A stretch of DNA of 42,082 nt from a virus. Taxonomy: Duplodnaviria > Caudoviricetes. The stretch covers positions 1-42,082 of IMG/VR virus record IMGVR_UViG_3300017766_002156. One strand, 5' to 3'. The notes under the pieces were generated by a model. It had not been told where the DNA came from and searched no databases. It was given only the letters and a program-made list of their open reading frames with translations. Made by a program: the position numbers and the translations under genes. This document shows positions 1 to 6,441 of this stretch, piece after piece; within the stretch, counting starts at the first letter, position 1; every line of letters begins with the position of its first letter.

Positions 1-123
1 ACGTGCATCCTCAGCCTTGAGGCGCTTGTAGGCGAGTTCGGTCTCTGACTGTGCGCCGAGCTTGAGTGTGGCGACACGGGTCTTGAGCCATGAGATACGG
101 AGCTTAGCCTCGTCAGTGTTCTG
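1..123. repeat. Terminal overlap (copy 1), marks a circular assembly
   Basis: Identical to 41960-42082; the groEL frame reads through the junction (..AEDAR|NAAY..). Confidence 0.97.
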
Positions 124-1191
124 CTTCTCAAGGTCAGCGAGGTGCTCGCTGATGTCCTTGATGCCGATGACGCGAGTCTCCTTGTCAGTAGTGATGATTT
201 TCTCGCACGTACCGAGGTGCTCCATGCGGAGTGTCTTGAATGAGATGCCTTCGCCTGCCTCTACTACCGTAGCGCCAGTAATCTTGGCGAAGTCCTCGGT
301 GATGAGGTCCTTCCAGAGGGTAGGGGCCTTGATGATGAGAGTCTTGAAACCTCCCTGGAGATGCGTAGCAGCGAGACGGTTCGCAACACTGAGGTCGATG
401 TCATCAGCCCAGATGACCAGTTCGTTCTTCCCCAGCTGCTTTACAGCCATCATGATTGGCTCAATCTCCTCAACGCTCTGAATCTTGTCCTTAGCGATGA
501 CGATGAATGGCTTCTTGTAGATGGCCTTGCCTGGCTGCGTGCTTGAGTATTGTCCCAGCCAGCCTGCATTACGCAGACGTACTCCTTCCTGGACCTCGTA
601 GAACGTGGTCGGCAGGTTGGAGTTATCGAGTTCGATGATGCCATCCTTCCCGATTTCCTTGTAGATGTCCTGGAACATCTTACCCATCTCTTCGCTCTCG
701 GCTGAGATGGTTGCTACCTGAAGGATTTCTTCAGCGGTGATGTCGCGCTTCTGCTCGTCGAGCGCCTTCTCAATGAGAGGAACACATTCGTCGAGGGAAC
801 GCTTCACTGCCATTGGATTATCCTTGAGGGCGATTCCCGCGTGGAGAATGGCCTGAGTGAGTACCGTGGTCGTAGTGGTTCCATCACCACCTTCCTTGTC
901 GGAGCGGTTCGCAACTTCCTTAATGAGGTTTGCGCCGATGTTCTCGATAGGGTCGTCGAGGCGCACAAGGCGAGCGATGGAAACGCCGTCGTTCGTGACC
1001 AAGTGACCTGGGTTGAGGTCTGACTCCAGCACAGCGTTCGCGCCAGCAGCGCCGAGCGTGACCTTCACTGCGTCAGCAACTGCGTCGACACCACGCATGA
1101 GACCGTCGCGGGCATGGTCGTTTAGGTAAATGTTTGAGTCGCGTACCAACTCAATTCCGTGTTCAGTGTAAATGTATTTTCCCGTACTCAT
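1..1191 (-). CDS. groEL: Chaperonin GroEL, 5' part; gene spans the origin (1191->1 joined to 41959->41573, about 525 aa)
   Basis: Manual translation, missing from the ORF track: MSTGKY..GVDAVADAVKVTLG..VTNDGVSIA..GDGTTT..VATISA..GKDGII; these are group I chaperonin motifs. Confidence 0.96.
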   Translation of the reverse strand, partial: MSTGKYIYTEHGIELVRDSNIYLNDHARDGLMRGVDAVADAVKVTLGAAGANAVLESDLNPGHLVTNDGVSIARLVRLDDPIENIGANLIKEVANRSDKEGGDGTTTTTVLTQAILHAGIALKDNPMAVKRSLDECVPLIEKALDEQKRDITAEEILQVATISAESEEMGKMFQDIYKEIGKDGIIELDNSNLPTTFYEVQEGVRLRNAGWLGQYSSTQPGKAIYKKPFIVIAKDKIQSVEEIEPIMMAVKQLGKNELVIWADDIDLSVANRLAATHLQGGFKTLIIKAPTLWKDLITEDFAKITGATVVEAGEGISFKTLRMEHLGTCEKIITTDKETRVIGIKDISEHLADLEKQNTDEAKLRISWLKTRVATLKLGAQSETELAYKRLKAEDAR

Positions 1192-1387
1192 GTAGATAAC
1201 GATTATGGTGAGGCTGGAGTGCCGAACGTAGGTGATAATTTAGATACAGCTTGCTTGGTAGGTCGTAGCGGAAGAACTTCGTTTGACGGCACTTCAGGCA
1301 GATTTCCAGTACGCCGTCCTGGTGCTTGCGGAAGGTGCGCCAGTCATGTAGCCAGCTGGATGCGCGACACTTACTTTTCTTCCACAT
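1163..1387 (-). CDS. Small basic Cys/His-rich protein between groES and groEL
   Basis: 74-aa ORF overlapping both neighbours and filling the gap; CxxC motif. Confidence 0.6.
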   Translation of the reverse strand: MWKKSKCRASSWLHDWRTFRKHQDGVLEICLKCRQTKFFRYDLPSKLYLNYHLRSALQPHHNRYLHEYGKIHLH

Positions 1388-1631
1388 GCTTCGCCTTACC
1401 GAGGATGTACTCGGACTCCTCAGGAATAACGTGGTGCTTCACACCATCCACCTCAGCGGTCTCCCACACGCCGTGAGCCGTGAAGAAGAGTGTGTCACCC
1501 ACCTCCACGAACTTCACGTTCTCACCCACAGCAATAACCTTTCCCATTTCCAGGAAGCCGTTGTCCTGGAGGATACCCTCGCGCTTCACTGGCTCAATTT
1601 CAATCTTGTCGTAAAAGGGGATGAAGGTCAT
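1371..1631 (-). CDS. groES: Co-chaperonin GroES-like protein
   Basis: PFYDKIEIEP..GKVIAVG..VEVGDTLFF..ESEYILG resembles Cpn10; next to groEL. Confidence 0.88.
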   Translation of the reverse strand: MTFIPFYDKIEIEPVKREGILQDNGFLEMGKVIAVGENVKFVEVGDTLFFTAHGVWETAEVDGVKHHVIPEESEYILGKAKHVEEK

Positions 1632-1780
1632 AAGGGTTCGATGCGTTCAGGGTTGAATGTTGGTTCGATAATGTGGGCGGGTTTGTACTTGCTCTTGGCT
1701 GCATCAACGCGTTCCTGCACTTCAGAGAGGTCCAGGGCGCTCAGTTTCCAAAGGTTCTTGATGCGCTGCCAGAGTGTCAT
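1628..1780 (-). CDS. Hypothetical protein, 50 aa (MTLWQRIKNLWKLSALD..)
   Basis: Manual ORF with TAATG and ATGA overlaps to its neighbours. Confidence 0.7.
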   Translation of the reverse strand: MTLWQRIKNLWKLSALDLSEVQERVDAAKSKYKPAHIIEPTFNPERIEPL

Positions 1781-2016
1781 TAGCCTTCTGCGACGATGCC
1801 CTCAGGCGCTGCCTCCTTAGGCTTGAACTTGAGGTCACCGACGTTCTCCTGAATTGTGTCAGCGAAAACGCCAGGAGCGATGACGGTCTTGGCGATGGTG
1901 TATACGAGTTCGCACTCGTACTTATCTTTCAGGCCCTGGTAAAACGGCTGGAACTCTTTCATGAAACCCTCCGCACGTGAGGCAACATCGGCCTGCTGTT
2001 CTGGTGTGTACTGCAT
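1780..2016 (-). CDS. Hypothetical protein, first gene of the chaperonin operon
   Basis: 78-aa ORF, ATG just downstream of a TAAGAT -10 box. Confidence 0.75.
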   Translation of the reverse strand: MQYTPEQQADVASRAEGFMKEFQPFYQGLKDKYECELVYTIAKTVIAPGVFADTIQENVGDLKFKPKEAAPEGIVAEG

Positions 2017-2022
2017 ACCTAC

Positions 2023-2069
2023 ATCTTACACCACTAGGTCAAGAGGGATTATCGGGTGGTTGGGGATAA
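2023..2069 (-). promoter_or_regulatory. Putative promoter with TTATCCCCA box
   Basis: TAAGAT at 2023-2028 and box at 2061-2069; -35 spacing not canonical. Confidence 0.5.
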
Positions 2070-2399
2070 AAGCATCATGCACTTAACGATTGCATCTGAG
2101 CGCTTCATTGTGCTGCGTGCGCGACGCTCCAGTGCGTCGTACCCCTTCTTGCCGAGTTGCTCAATCTTGAGCGTGCGGTAGAGGCCCTGCTTGCTGCCCT
2201 CGTGACGCATGTGGCATCCACCACAGATGCCGTCACAGTTCTCAGGGTCGTACCGAGTAGAGCTATTGCCACGACCCCAGAAGTGAGAGTTCTGGGTCGC
2301 TTTGTTGGGGCAAAAGAAACACTTCTGGTCACGCTCACGGATGTAGAGAGAGAACAGCTTGTCAGCCTTTGCCGAGGTCCATAGCTTCGGCTTTGCCAT
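2049..2399 (-). CDS. NinG/Rap-like HNH recombination nuclease
   Basis: ADKLFSLYIRERD-CxxC..SHF..TRYDPENC..CxxCH pattern. Confidence 0.85.
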   Translation of the reverse strand: MAKPKLWTSAKADKLFSLYIRERDQKCFFCPNKATQNSHFWGRGNSSTRYDPENCDGICGGCHMRHEGSKQGLYRTLKIEQLGKKGYDALERRARSTMKRSDAIVKCMMLLSPTTR

Positions 2400-2416
2400 G
2401 CACAAACTATACCAAT

Positions 2417-2443
2417 GAGAAAGGCCCCGAAGGGCCTGTTCTC
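2417..2443 (-). terminator. Hairpin after rsr, probable terminator
   Basis: GAGAACAGGCCC-TTCG-GGGCCTTTCTC on the - strand. Confidence 0.65.
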
Positions 2444-2455
2444 CACTTATTTTAT

Positions 2456-4003
2456 TTACAGTTGCGTTGCGTTGATGTGGTCCACCAGGCTGTCACCCTT
2501 CTCGATTGTGTGCATCAGCTCGAAAATCTTCTCGCTCCATCCTGCTAGCTTGAAGACATCATCCTTGAACATCGAGTTGCCGTAGCCCTTGAGGTCGACT
2601 GAGTAGACGAGCACTCCAGGGTTGATTGCCTTGTACTCACGGAAGAGGCGGTTGAAGTCACCAGCGCGTTCTGCTGGCATGTGGCCGTACCATGCGTTGC
2701 CTTCACCAACCTGAGAGTCAGAGAAGATAACGATACGGTCCACCATCTTCTTCTCCTTGATGAGCTGGCTCATCATGAGGAAAATACCTGCCTCAGTACC
2801 ACCACCGATACCTGCACCAACCTTGTCGATGACCTTGTAGTTCTCGAAGATGTCCTTCTCGCGGTCCAGCTTAGGAGTCTCTAGGCGGTCACCGAACACA
2901 CCAACGATGGTTGAGTTCGCACGCTTCCAGTACATAACTGCAAAGAGGTTAGCGATGCTTGCGGTCTTTGCCTTACTCATCGCTGAGATAGCGGAGCTGC
3001 CACCTGCGTCACCACGCATAGAGCCAGAGTTGTCGGTAAGGATGACCGTGCGACCTGGAAGCTCAGGAATGTTCTGGATAGATGCCTCAAGCGCTGCGAT
3101 GAGTGCCTTCTGGAGGATGACAGCAGTGTCTTCCTCATCCTCGAAGCGGAGAGAACCACTGCGGTCAGTGCCTGCTCCCACTGCTTCAAGAGCAGAGAGG
3201 AAGCGGAATGGAAGCTGCTTTGACTTAGCTACCTGCTCTGGGTCAGAGAGGCGCTTAGCTGCTGCGAGCACGACCTTCATGTCGACACCGTTCTTGATGA
3301 GGTTGTTTAGGTTGCGGAGAAGAGCCATGTAGCCAATCTTCCCGCTGAGAACGAGGTCCTCCCAAGCATCCTTGGTCGCTTCCTTATCGCCAGCAGCTGC
3401 GGATACCTCCACCTCCCATGTTCCAGTGGACTTGAGGTTACCCTCGATGAGGTCCTTCCATGCCTGTGCCTGCTCCTGAGAAGCGTGCTGCGCCTTAGGG
3501 TGGGTGATGTTGAAGAGGTCAACCAGCTTCACTGACTTACCCTCACCACGGTACTTCGCTAGCTGGTAGCGAGAGAACTTGAGAAGGGCGTTACGGATAC
3601 CACGCTTCATCTGCTTAGGCAGGTTCTTCTCTGGTGCGCCGTATGCAGCAGCCATTTCGATGAGGTCGTCTGGACGCTCAGCAGCAGCAACGATGGCACG
3701 CTTAACAAGGTCGTCTCCGTTGTGGATACGAGCAAGCTCAGCGATGAGCAGGTGACTCACAGAGCGCATGTGGTACTCGGTACGAGCAACGACAGCCAGC
3801 TTCGCTACGAAGATTGGGTCGCACTTCTTTACGAGTTCGATGATGCGGTCAGCACGAGCGTCCTTCTTCTCGTAGTACGAGTCTTCTAGGAAGGTCGTGA
3901 TGACTGCGAAGGCCAGCTCCATCTCTGGGGTCTGACCATAGGCGAGAGAACCCATGTGGTTGACTACACGCTCTTCCTTCTTCTTTGTTACAAACTTTGC
4001 CAT
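2456..4003 (-). CDS. rsr: Ro60/Rsr-like TROVE-vWA RNA-binding protein
   Basis: TROVE motifs (YQLAKY, LFNITHPK, TWE, GYMALLRNL, SKQLPFRFLSA) and vWA MIDAS (DNSGSM, GGGT, IFSDSQ). Confidence 0.95.
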   Translation of the reverse strand: MAKFVTKKKEERVVNHMGSLAYGQTPEMELAFAVITTFLEDSYYEKKDARADRIIELVKKCDPIFVAKLAVVARTEYHMRSVSHLLIAELARIHNGDDLVKRAIVAAAERPDDLIEMAAAYGAPEKNLPKQMKRGIRNALLKFSRYQLAKYRGEGKSVKLVDLFNITHPKAQHASQEQAQAWKDLIEGNLKSTGTWEVEVSAAAGDKEATKDAWEDLVLSGKIGYMALLRNLNNLIKNGVDMKVVLAAAKRLSDPEQVAKSKQLPFRFLSALEAVGAGTDRSGSLRFEDEEDTAVILQKALIAALEASIQNIPELPGRTVILTDNSGSMRGDAGGSSAISAMSKAKTASIANLFAVMYWKRANSTIVGVFGDRLETPKLDREKDIFENYKVIDKVGAGIGGGTEAGIFLMMSQLIKEKKMVDRIVIFSDSQVGEGNAWYGHMPAERAGDFNRLFREYKAINPGVLVYSVDLKGYGNSMFKDDVFKLAGWSEKIFELMHTIEKGDSLVDHINATQL

Positions 4004-4038
4004 GTTACGTGTTGCTACTGGTAACGGACCGTCAAGGA

Positions 4039-4115
4039 CCGAAATGAGGCGATTAACGCGTCGGGTGATTTTTCAATTCCAATGAAGTAACCCAGTGCTT
4101 ACAACCTCGTTTCGG
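4039..4115 (-). ncRNA. Y-RNA-like unit A; payload is a minimal anticodon-like stem-loop (UUCA-UUGGAAU-UGAA)
   Basis: 11-bp closing stem and shared scaffold GGUUGUAA..GGUUACUUC..AUCGCC; directly upstream of rsr. Confidence 0.75.
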
Positions 4116-4127
4116 GCTTCGACGCAC

Positions 4128-4227
4128 AGATGTGGCGGTAAACGATGACGGTTGATTGGTTACAGTAGCAACACTGTTGATTTGGAGCCATCACTGGCGA
4201 AGTACCCGTCTTCTTACACCCACATCT
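4128..4227 (-). ncRNA. Y-RNA-like unit B; payload of two hairpins, one antisense to phage 5' leaders
   Basis: AGAUGUGG/CCACAUCU stem, GGUACUUC motif, GCCA-GUGA-UGGC and ACAGUG-UUGC-UACUGU hairpins. Confidence 0.75.
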
Positions 4228-4239
4228 CTACGATGAAGC

Positions 4240-4400
4240 GATACAGAACATTGTTGTGGCGATAAGTTGGGAGGGAACGATTAGCGCTCTACCACTGAGC
4301 TACGAGGCCAAAGTGTGGCCTCGCTTGGAATCGAACCAAGTCCTCTCACTTAGAAGGTGAAGTAACCCTCCCGATGACAACCACAACAATGTTCTGTATC
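4240..4400 (-). ncRNA. YrlA-like Y RNA unit C with circularly permuted tRNA-like domain (UCU loop)
   Basis: Perfect 20-bp closing stem; order is anticodon-like arm, T arm (UUCGAUU), loop-closed acceptor stem CGAGGCC/GGCCUCG, D arm (UAGCUCAGUGGUAGAGC). Confidence 0.88.
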
Positions 4401-4402
4401 AA

Positions 4403-4590
4403 GCGCACATTCGTGGCGATAGCTGCGTGCAGTATGTATCAGTACAGTTTCCCGTACTCCCTACACGAGGGGAATCCGTAACACCGAAGTGTCCCAGGCG
4501 ACAGAGCCGAAGCTCTAAGATAATGGCCGTTAGGCAATTGTTTCCCTTTCGGGTGAAGTAACTGCGACACTGACAACCACGAATGTGTGC
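4403..4590 (-). ncRNA. Y-RNA-like unit D with a six-hairpin, non-tRNA payload
   Basis: 14-bp closing stem, same scaffold; GAAA, UAAC and UUCG tetraloop hairpins on the - strand. Confidence 0.78.
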
Positions 4591-4597
4591 TCGATAC

Positions 4598-4743
4598 GTT
4601 GAGGGCTAGGATGTGGCGATAGTATGCCACGGCGTTTTTGTCTTCGCAGGGATTGAACCTGCAACATTCTCCGTTTAAGGGGGATGCTCTACCGTTGAGC
4701 TAGAAGTAACCGTGACGATTACAACCACGTCTTAGCCCTCAAC
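4598..4743 (-). ncRNA. Y-RNA-like unit E with unpermuted tRNA-like domain (UAA loop)
   Basis: 19-bp closing stem; a 4-bp CUUC/GAAG acceptor-like stem encloses D, anticodon and T arms in normal order. Confidence 0.82.
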
Positions 4744-4753
4744 TTCTACAGGC

Positions 4754-4800
4754 ACTATAGCACTGGGACGTTCGGGCTGGAAGTCCCACCCTGTGGATAG
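4754..4800 (-). promoter_or_regulatory. Putative promoter for the Y RNA-rsr operon
   Basis: Extended -10 TGCTATAGT (4754-4762) just upstream of unit E; CTATCCACA box at 4792-4800. Confidence 0.65.
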
Positions 4801-4804
4801 TGGT

Positions 4805-4832
4805 GAACCCCCAACGGTAAGGCTGGGGGTTC
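4805..4832 (-). terminator. GC-rich hairpin downstream of the Cys-Thr-Pro tRNAs
   Basis: GAACCCCCAGC-CTTACC-GTTGGGGGTTC; no clear U tract. Confidence 0.45.
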
Positions 4833-4935
4833 TAGAGACGAGGCGTAAACTCCGTTTCAAGGATTGCTGAGTATTGCTCTGTCTCTAGCCCCATTTTACA
4901 CCCGTGCGATGGGTGCAAGTGCGTTGTTCACAACT

Positions 4936-5011
4936 TGGTCTGCGTAGAAGGAATCGAACCTTCGTCATTCTTCACCCCAAATGAAGTGCCATACCATTAG
5001 GCGATACACAG
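4936..5011 (-). tRNA. tRNA-Pro(UGG)
   Basis: Cloverleaf; loop TTTGGGG; CCA encoded. Confidence 0.92.
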
Positions 5012-5087
5012 TGGAGCCGATGAGGTTAATCGAAAACCTAGCCTTCTCGTTACAAAGGAGATGCTCTGCCACTTGAGCTACATCGAC
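5012..5087 (-). tRNA. tRNA-Thr(UGU)
   Basis: Cloverleaf; loop TTTGTAA; CCA encoded. Confidence 0.9.
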
Positions 5088-5102
5088 GTTTTGTTTTCCT
5101 GC

Positions 5103-5177
5103 TGGAAAGGTGGACGGGAGTCGAACCCGCGCTTAGCTCTTTTGCAGGGAGCCGTGTTACCTCTTCACCACCACCTT
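5103..5177 (-). tRNA. tRNA-Cys(GCA)
   Basis: Cloverleaf; loop CTGCAAA; U73-CCA. Confidence 0.9.
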
Positions 5178-5249
5178 ACGGGGTCGTTGAAAGAACACGG
5201 CTACACGATGTGGGGGATGTGAAGTATACTGGCTTCATGATTGGCACTA

Positions 5250-5307
5250 ACTATACATCCATGTCGTAGGGCACGCAACATTAGACGTGTCCACTACCTG
5301 TGGATAA
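5250..5307 (-). promoter_or_regulatory. Sigma70-like promoter with perfect DnaA-box sequence
   Basis: TTGCGT-17 nt-TATAGT; TTATCCACA at 5299-5307. Confidence 0.7.
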
Positions 5308-5457
5308 ATGAGTAAGAAGAAGAACGGTGGCAACCGTAAGCTCTCTCGCGCTGACAAGCGCAAGCGTTACTACGAGCGCCATCCTGAGAAGAAGAATCCA
5401 TCTACGAGCGTTGAAGGTCGCGCATGGCGCAACTTCAACCGCCGTAAGAAGGGGTAA
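5308..5457 (+). CDS. Small, very basic protein (49 aa), opposite in orientation to the tRNA array
   Basis: MSKKKNGGNRKLSRADKRKRYYERHPEKKNPSTSVEGRAWRNFNRRKKG; phage-typical AAG/CGC codons; followed by a hairpin. Confidence 0.75.
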   Translation: MSKKKNGGNRKLSRADKRKRYYERHPEKKNPSTSVEGRAWRNFNRRKKG

Positions 5458-5458
5458 C

Positions 5459-5493
5459 GCAAAGGGGAGTGACGAAATGTCACTCCCCTTTGC
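5459..5493. terminator. Perfect 15-bp hairpin, probable bidirectional terminator
   Basis: GCAAAGGGGAGTGAC-GAAAT-GTCACTCCCCTTTGC between convergent units. Confidence 0.8.
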
Positions 5494-5496
5494 TAT

Positions 5497-5570
5497 TGGT
5501 GAGCCTACTTGGAATCGAACCAAGGTGGACTGGTTAAGAGCCAGCTGCTCGGCCACTGAGCGATAGGCCC
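5497..5570 (-). tRNA. tRNA-Lys(CUU)
   Basis: Cloverleaf; loop CTCTTAA; CCA encoded. Confidence 0.92.
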
Positions 5571-5571
5571 G

Positions 5572-5641
5572 TCAGGTAAGAGCTTTCGAGGTCTCTCTGC
5601 CACATTCACAGCGTGGGGTGCTACATATACACCATTACCTG
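5572..5641 (-). tRNA. tRNA-His(GUG), degenerate T arm (possible pseudo-tRNA)
   Basis: CAGGTAA/TTACCTG acceptor, loop CTGTGAA; irregular T stem; no encoded G-1. Confidence 0.6.
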
Positions 5642-5643
5642 TG

Positions 5644-5715
5644 TGCGTCGTCGGGGAGTCGAACCCCGTCCTCCTGCTTGGAAGGCAGGCATGCAACCGA
5701 TTGCACTTACAACGC
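5644..5715 (-). tRNA. tRNA-Gly(UCC)
   Basis: Cloverleaf; loop CTTCCAA; A73. Confidence 0.88.
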
Positions 5716-5726
5716 ATATCGAACGG

Positions 5727-5797
5727 TGGCTTGTAGTGGTGACGCTCCACTCTATTCGGGGTTTCAATCCGACGCTCTGCTGATGAGCTAACAAGCC
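5727..5797 (-). tRNA. tRNA-Phe(GAA), atypical T loop
   Basis: Loop TTGAAAC; T loop AGCGTCA. Confidence 0.8.
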
Positions 5798-5798
5798 C

Positions 5799-5874
5799 TG
5801 GCTCGGACGGGAGGACTCGAACCTCCGACTCTCTGGGTAACAACCAGGCACTCTACCATCTGAGTTACATCCGA
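5799..5874 (-). tRNA. tRNA-Asn(GUU)
   Basis: Cloverleaf; loop TTGTTAC; GCCA end. Confidence 0.92.
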
Positions 5875-5887
5875 ATGTATCGCACGG

Positions 5888-5955
5888 CGGGACCAGTAGG
5901 ACTCGAACCTACCCAGACAGCGTTTGGAGTGCCGTCCCCGCCCTGCGGTGGACCC
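5888..5955 (-). tRNA. tRNA-Trp(CCA) with minimal D arm
   Basis: Loop CTCCAAA, canonical T arm; D arm reduced to CCGC-AGG-GCGG. Confidence 0.75.
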
Positions 5956-5965
5956 ATATTCGCAC

Positions 5966-6055
5966 TGGCTGGGAAAGTAGGCATCGAACCCACAAAGAGC
6001 TTTCGCTCACTCCTGGTTCAGAGCCAGGCGACTTTACCAATTTGTCCATTTCCCA
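5966..6055 (-). tRNA. tRNA-Gln(CUG) with long variable arm
   Basis: U1-A72, loop CTCTGAA, extra GAGC-GAAA-GCTC arm, GCCA end. Confidence 0.85.
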
Positions 6056-6075
6056 ATATCACTTTTATAGCACGG

Positions 6076-6147
6076 CGCTGCGTAGGGGGGTTGAACCCCT
6101 GACCTTCCCGCAGACAACGGGTTGCTCTGCCACTGAGCTAACGCAGC
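6076..6147 (-). tRNA. tRNA-Asp(GUC)
   Basis: Cloverleaf; loop TTGTCTG (pyrimidine at 37); G73. Confidence 0.85.
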
Positions 6148-6257
6148 TGGAGCCATGTACCGCAGGAGTTACACCTACTCACCAACTAGCAGCCTAGGTC
6201 TGGCTGTTGGTGCATACGCCTTCCAGGAGGTTTTACGGTCCCTACGGGCGATACGGC
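6148..6257 (-). ncRNA. Unclassified tRNA-like RNA ending in CCA
   Basis: Bulged acceptor-like stem, T-like arm GTAGG-TGTAACT-CCTGC, long CACCAAC/GTTGGTG arm; no canonical anticodon loop. Confidence 0.6.
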
Positions 6258-6260
6258 TTG

Positions 6261-6346
6261 CGGAAGCGGGGGGACTCGAACTCCCAAAGGCTTTGACACC
6301 CACGGCTGATTTCAAGTCAGCTGCCTTACCATTAGGCTACGCTTCC
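6261..6346 (-). tRNA. tRNA-Ser(UGA)
   Basis: Loop CTTGAAA, long variable arm, G73. Confidence 0.92.
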
Positions 6347-6364
6347 ATGCTGATTCACAGCTTG

Positions 6365-6438
6365 TACCTGCGAGAGGACTCGAACCTCCAGATTACTGTT
6401 CCTAAGACAGTTGCCTATACCAATTCGGCTACGCAGGC
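6365..6438 (-). tRNA. tRNA-Leu(UAG) with short variable loop
   Basis: Loop CTTAGGA; variable region only AATCT. Confidence 0.85.
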
Positions 6439-6441
6439 ATG

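Noticed and set aside
1-123. Biological direct terminal repeat
   Set aside because: The repeat falls inside groEL, which reads through the junction; an assembly overlap of a circular or permuted genome explains it better.
4441-4458. Sarcin-ricin loop mimic in unit D (AGUACGGGAAAC)
   Set aside because: The closing C-G pair and 3' motif of the SRL are missing; it folds better as a simple GAAA hairpin.
4280-4705. Counting the tRNA-like parts of units C and E as tRNA genes
   Set aside because: C is permuted with a loop-closed acceptor stem; E has only a 4-bp acceptor stem; neither has a free CCA end.
4039-4743. CRISPR array
   Set aside because: Shared motifs are short and degenerate, unit lengths vary from 77 to 188 nt, each unit is a self-closed stem, and no cas genes are present.
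4039-4743. Y RNAs transcribed from the + strand
   Set aside because: Several outer-stem mismatches are G:U on + and A:C on -, but the tRNA arms, UUCG/GNRA tetraloops, promoter and rsr orientation all indicate the - strand. The A:C bias remains unexplained.
6148-6257. Amber suppressor or selenocysteine tRNA
   Set aside because: CUA is centred in only one alternative fold and lacks U33; there is no UCA anticodon or long variable arm.
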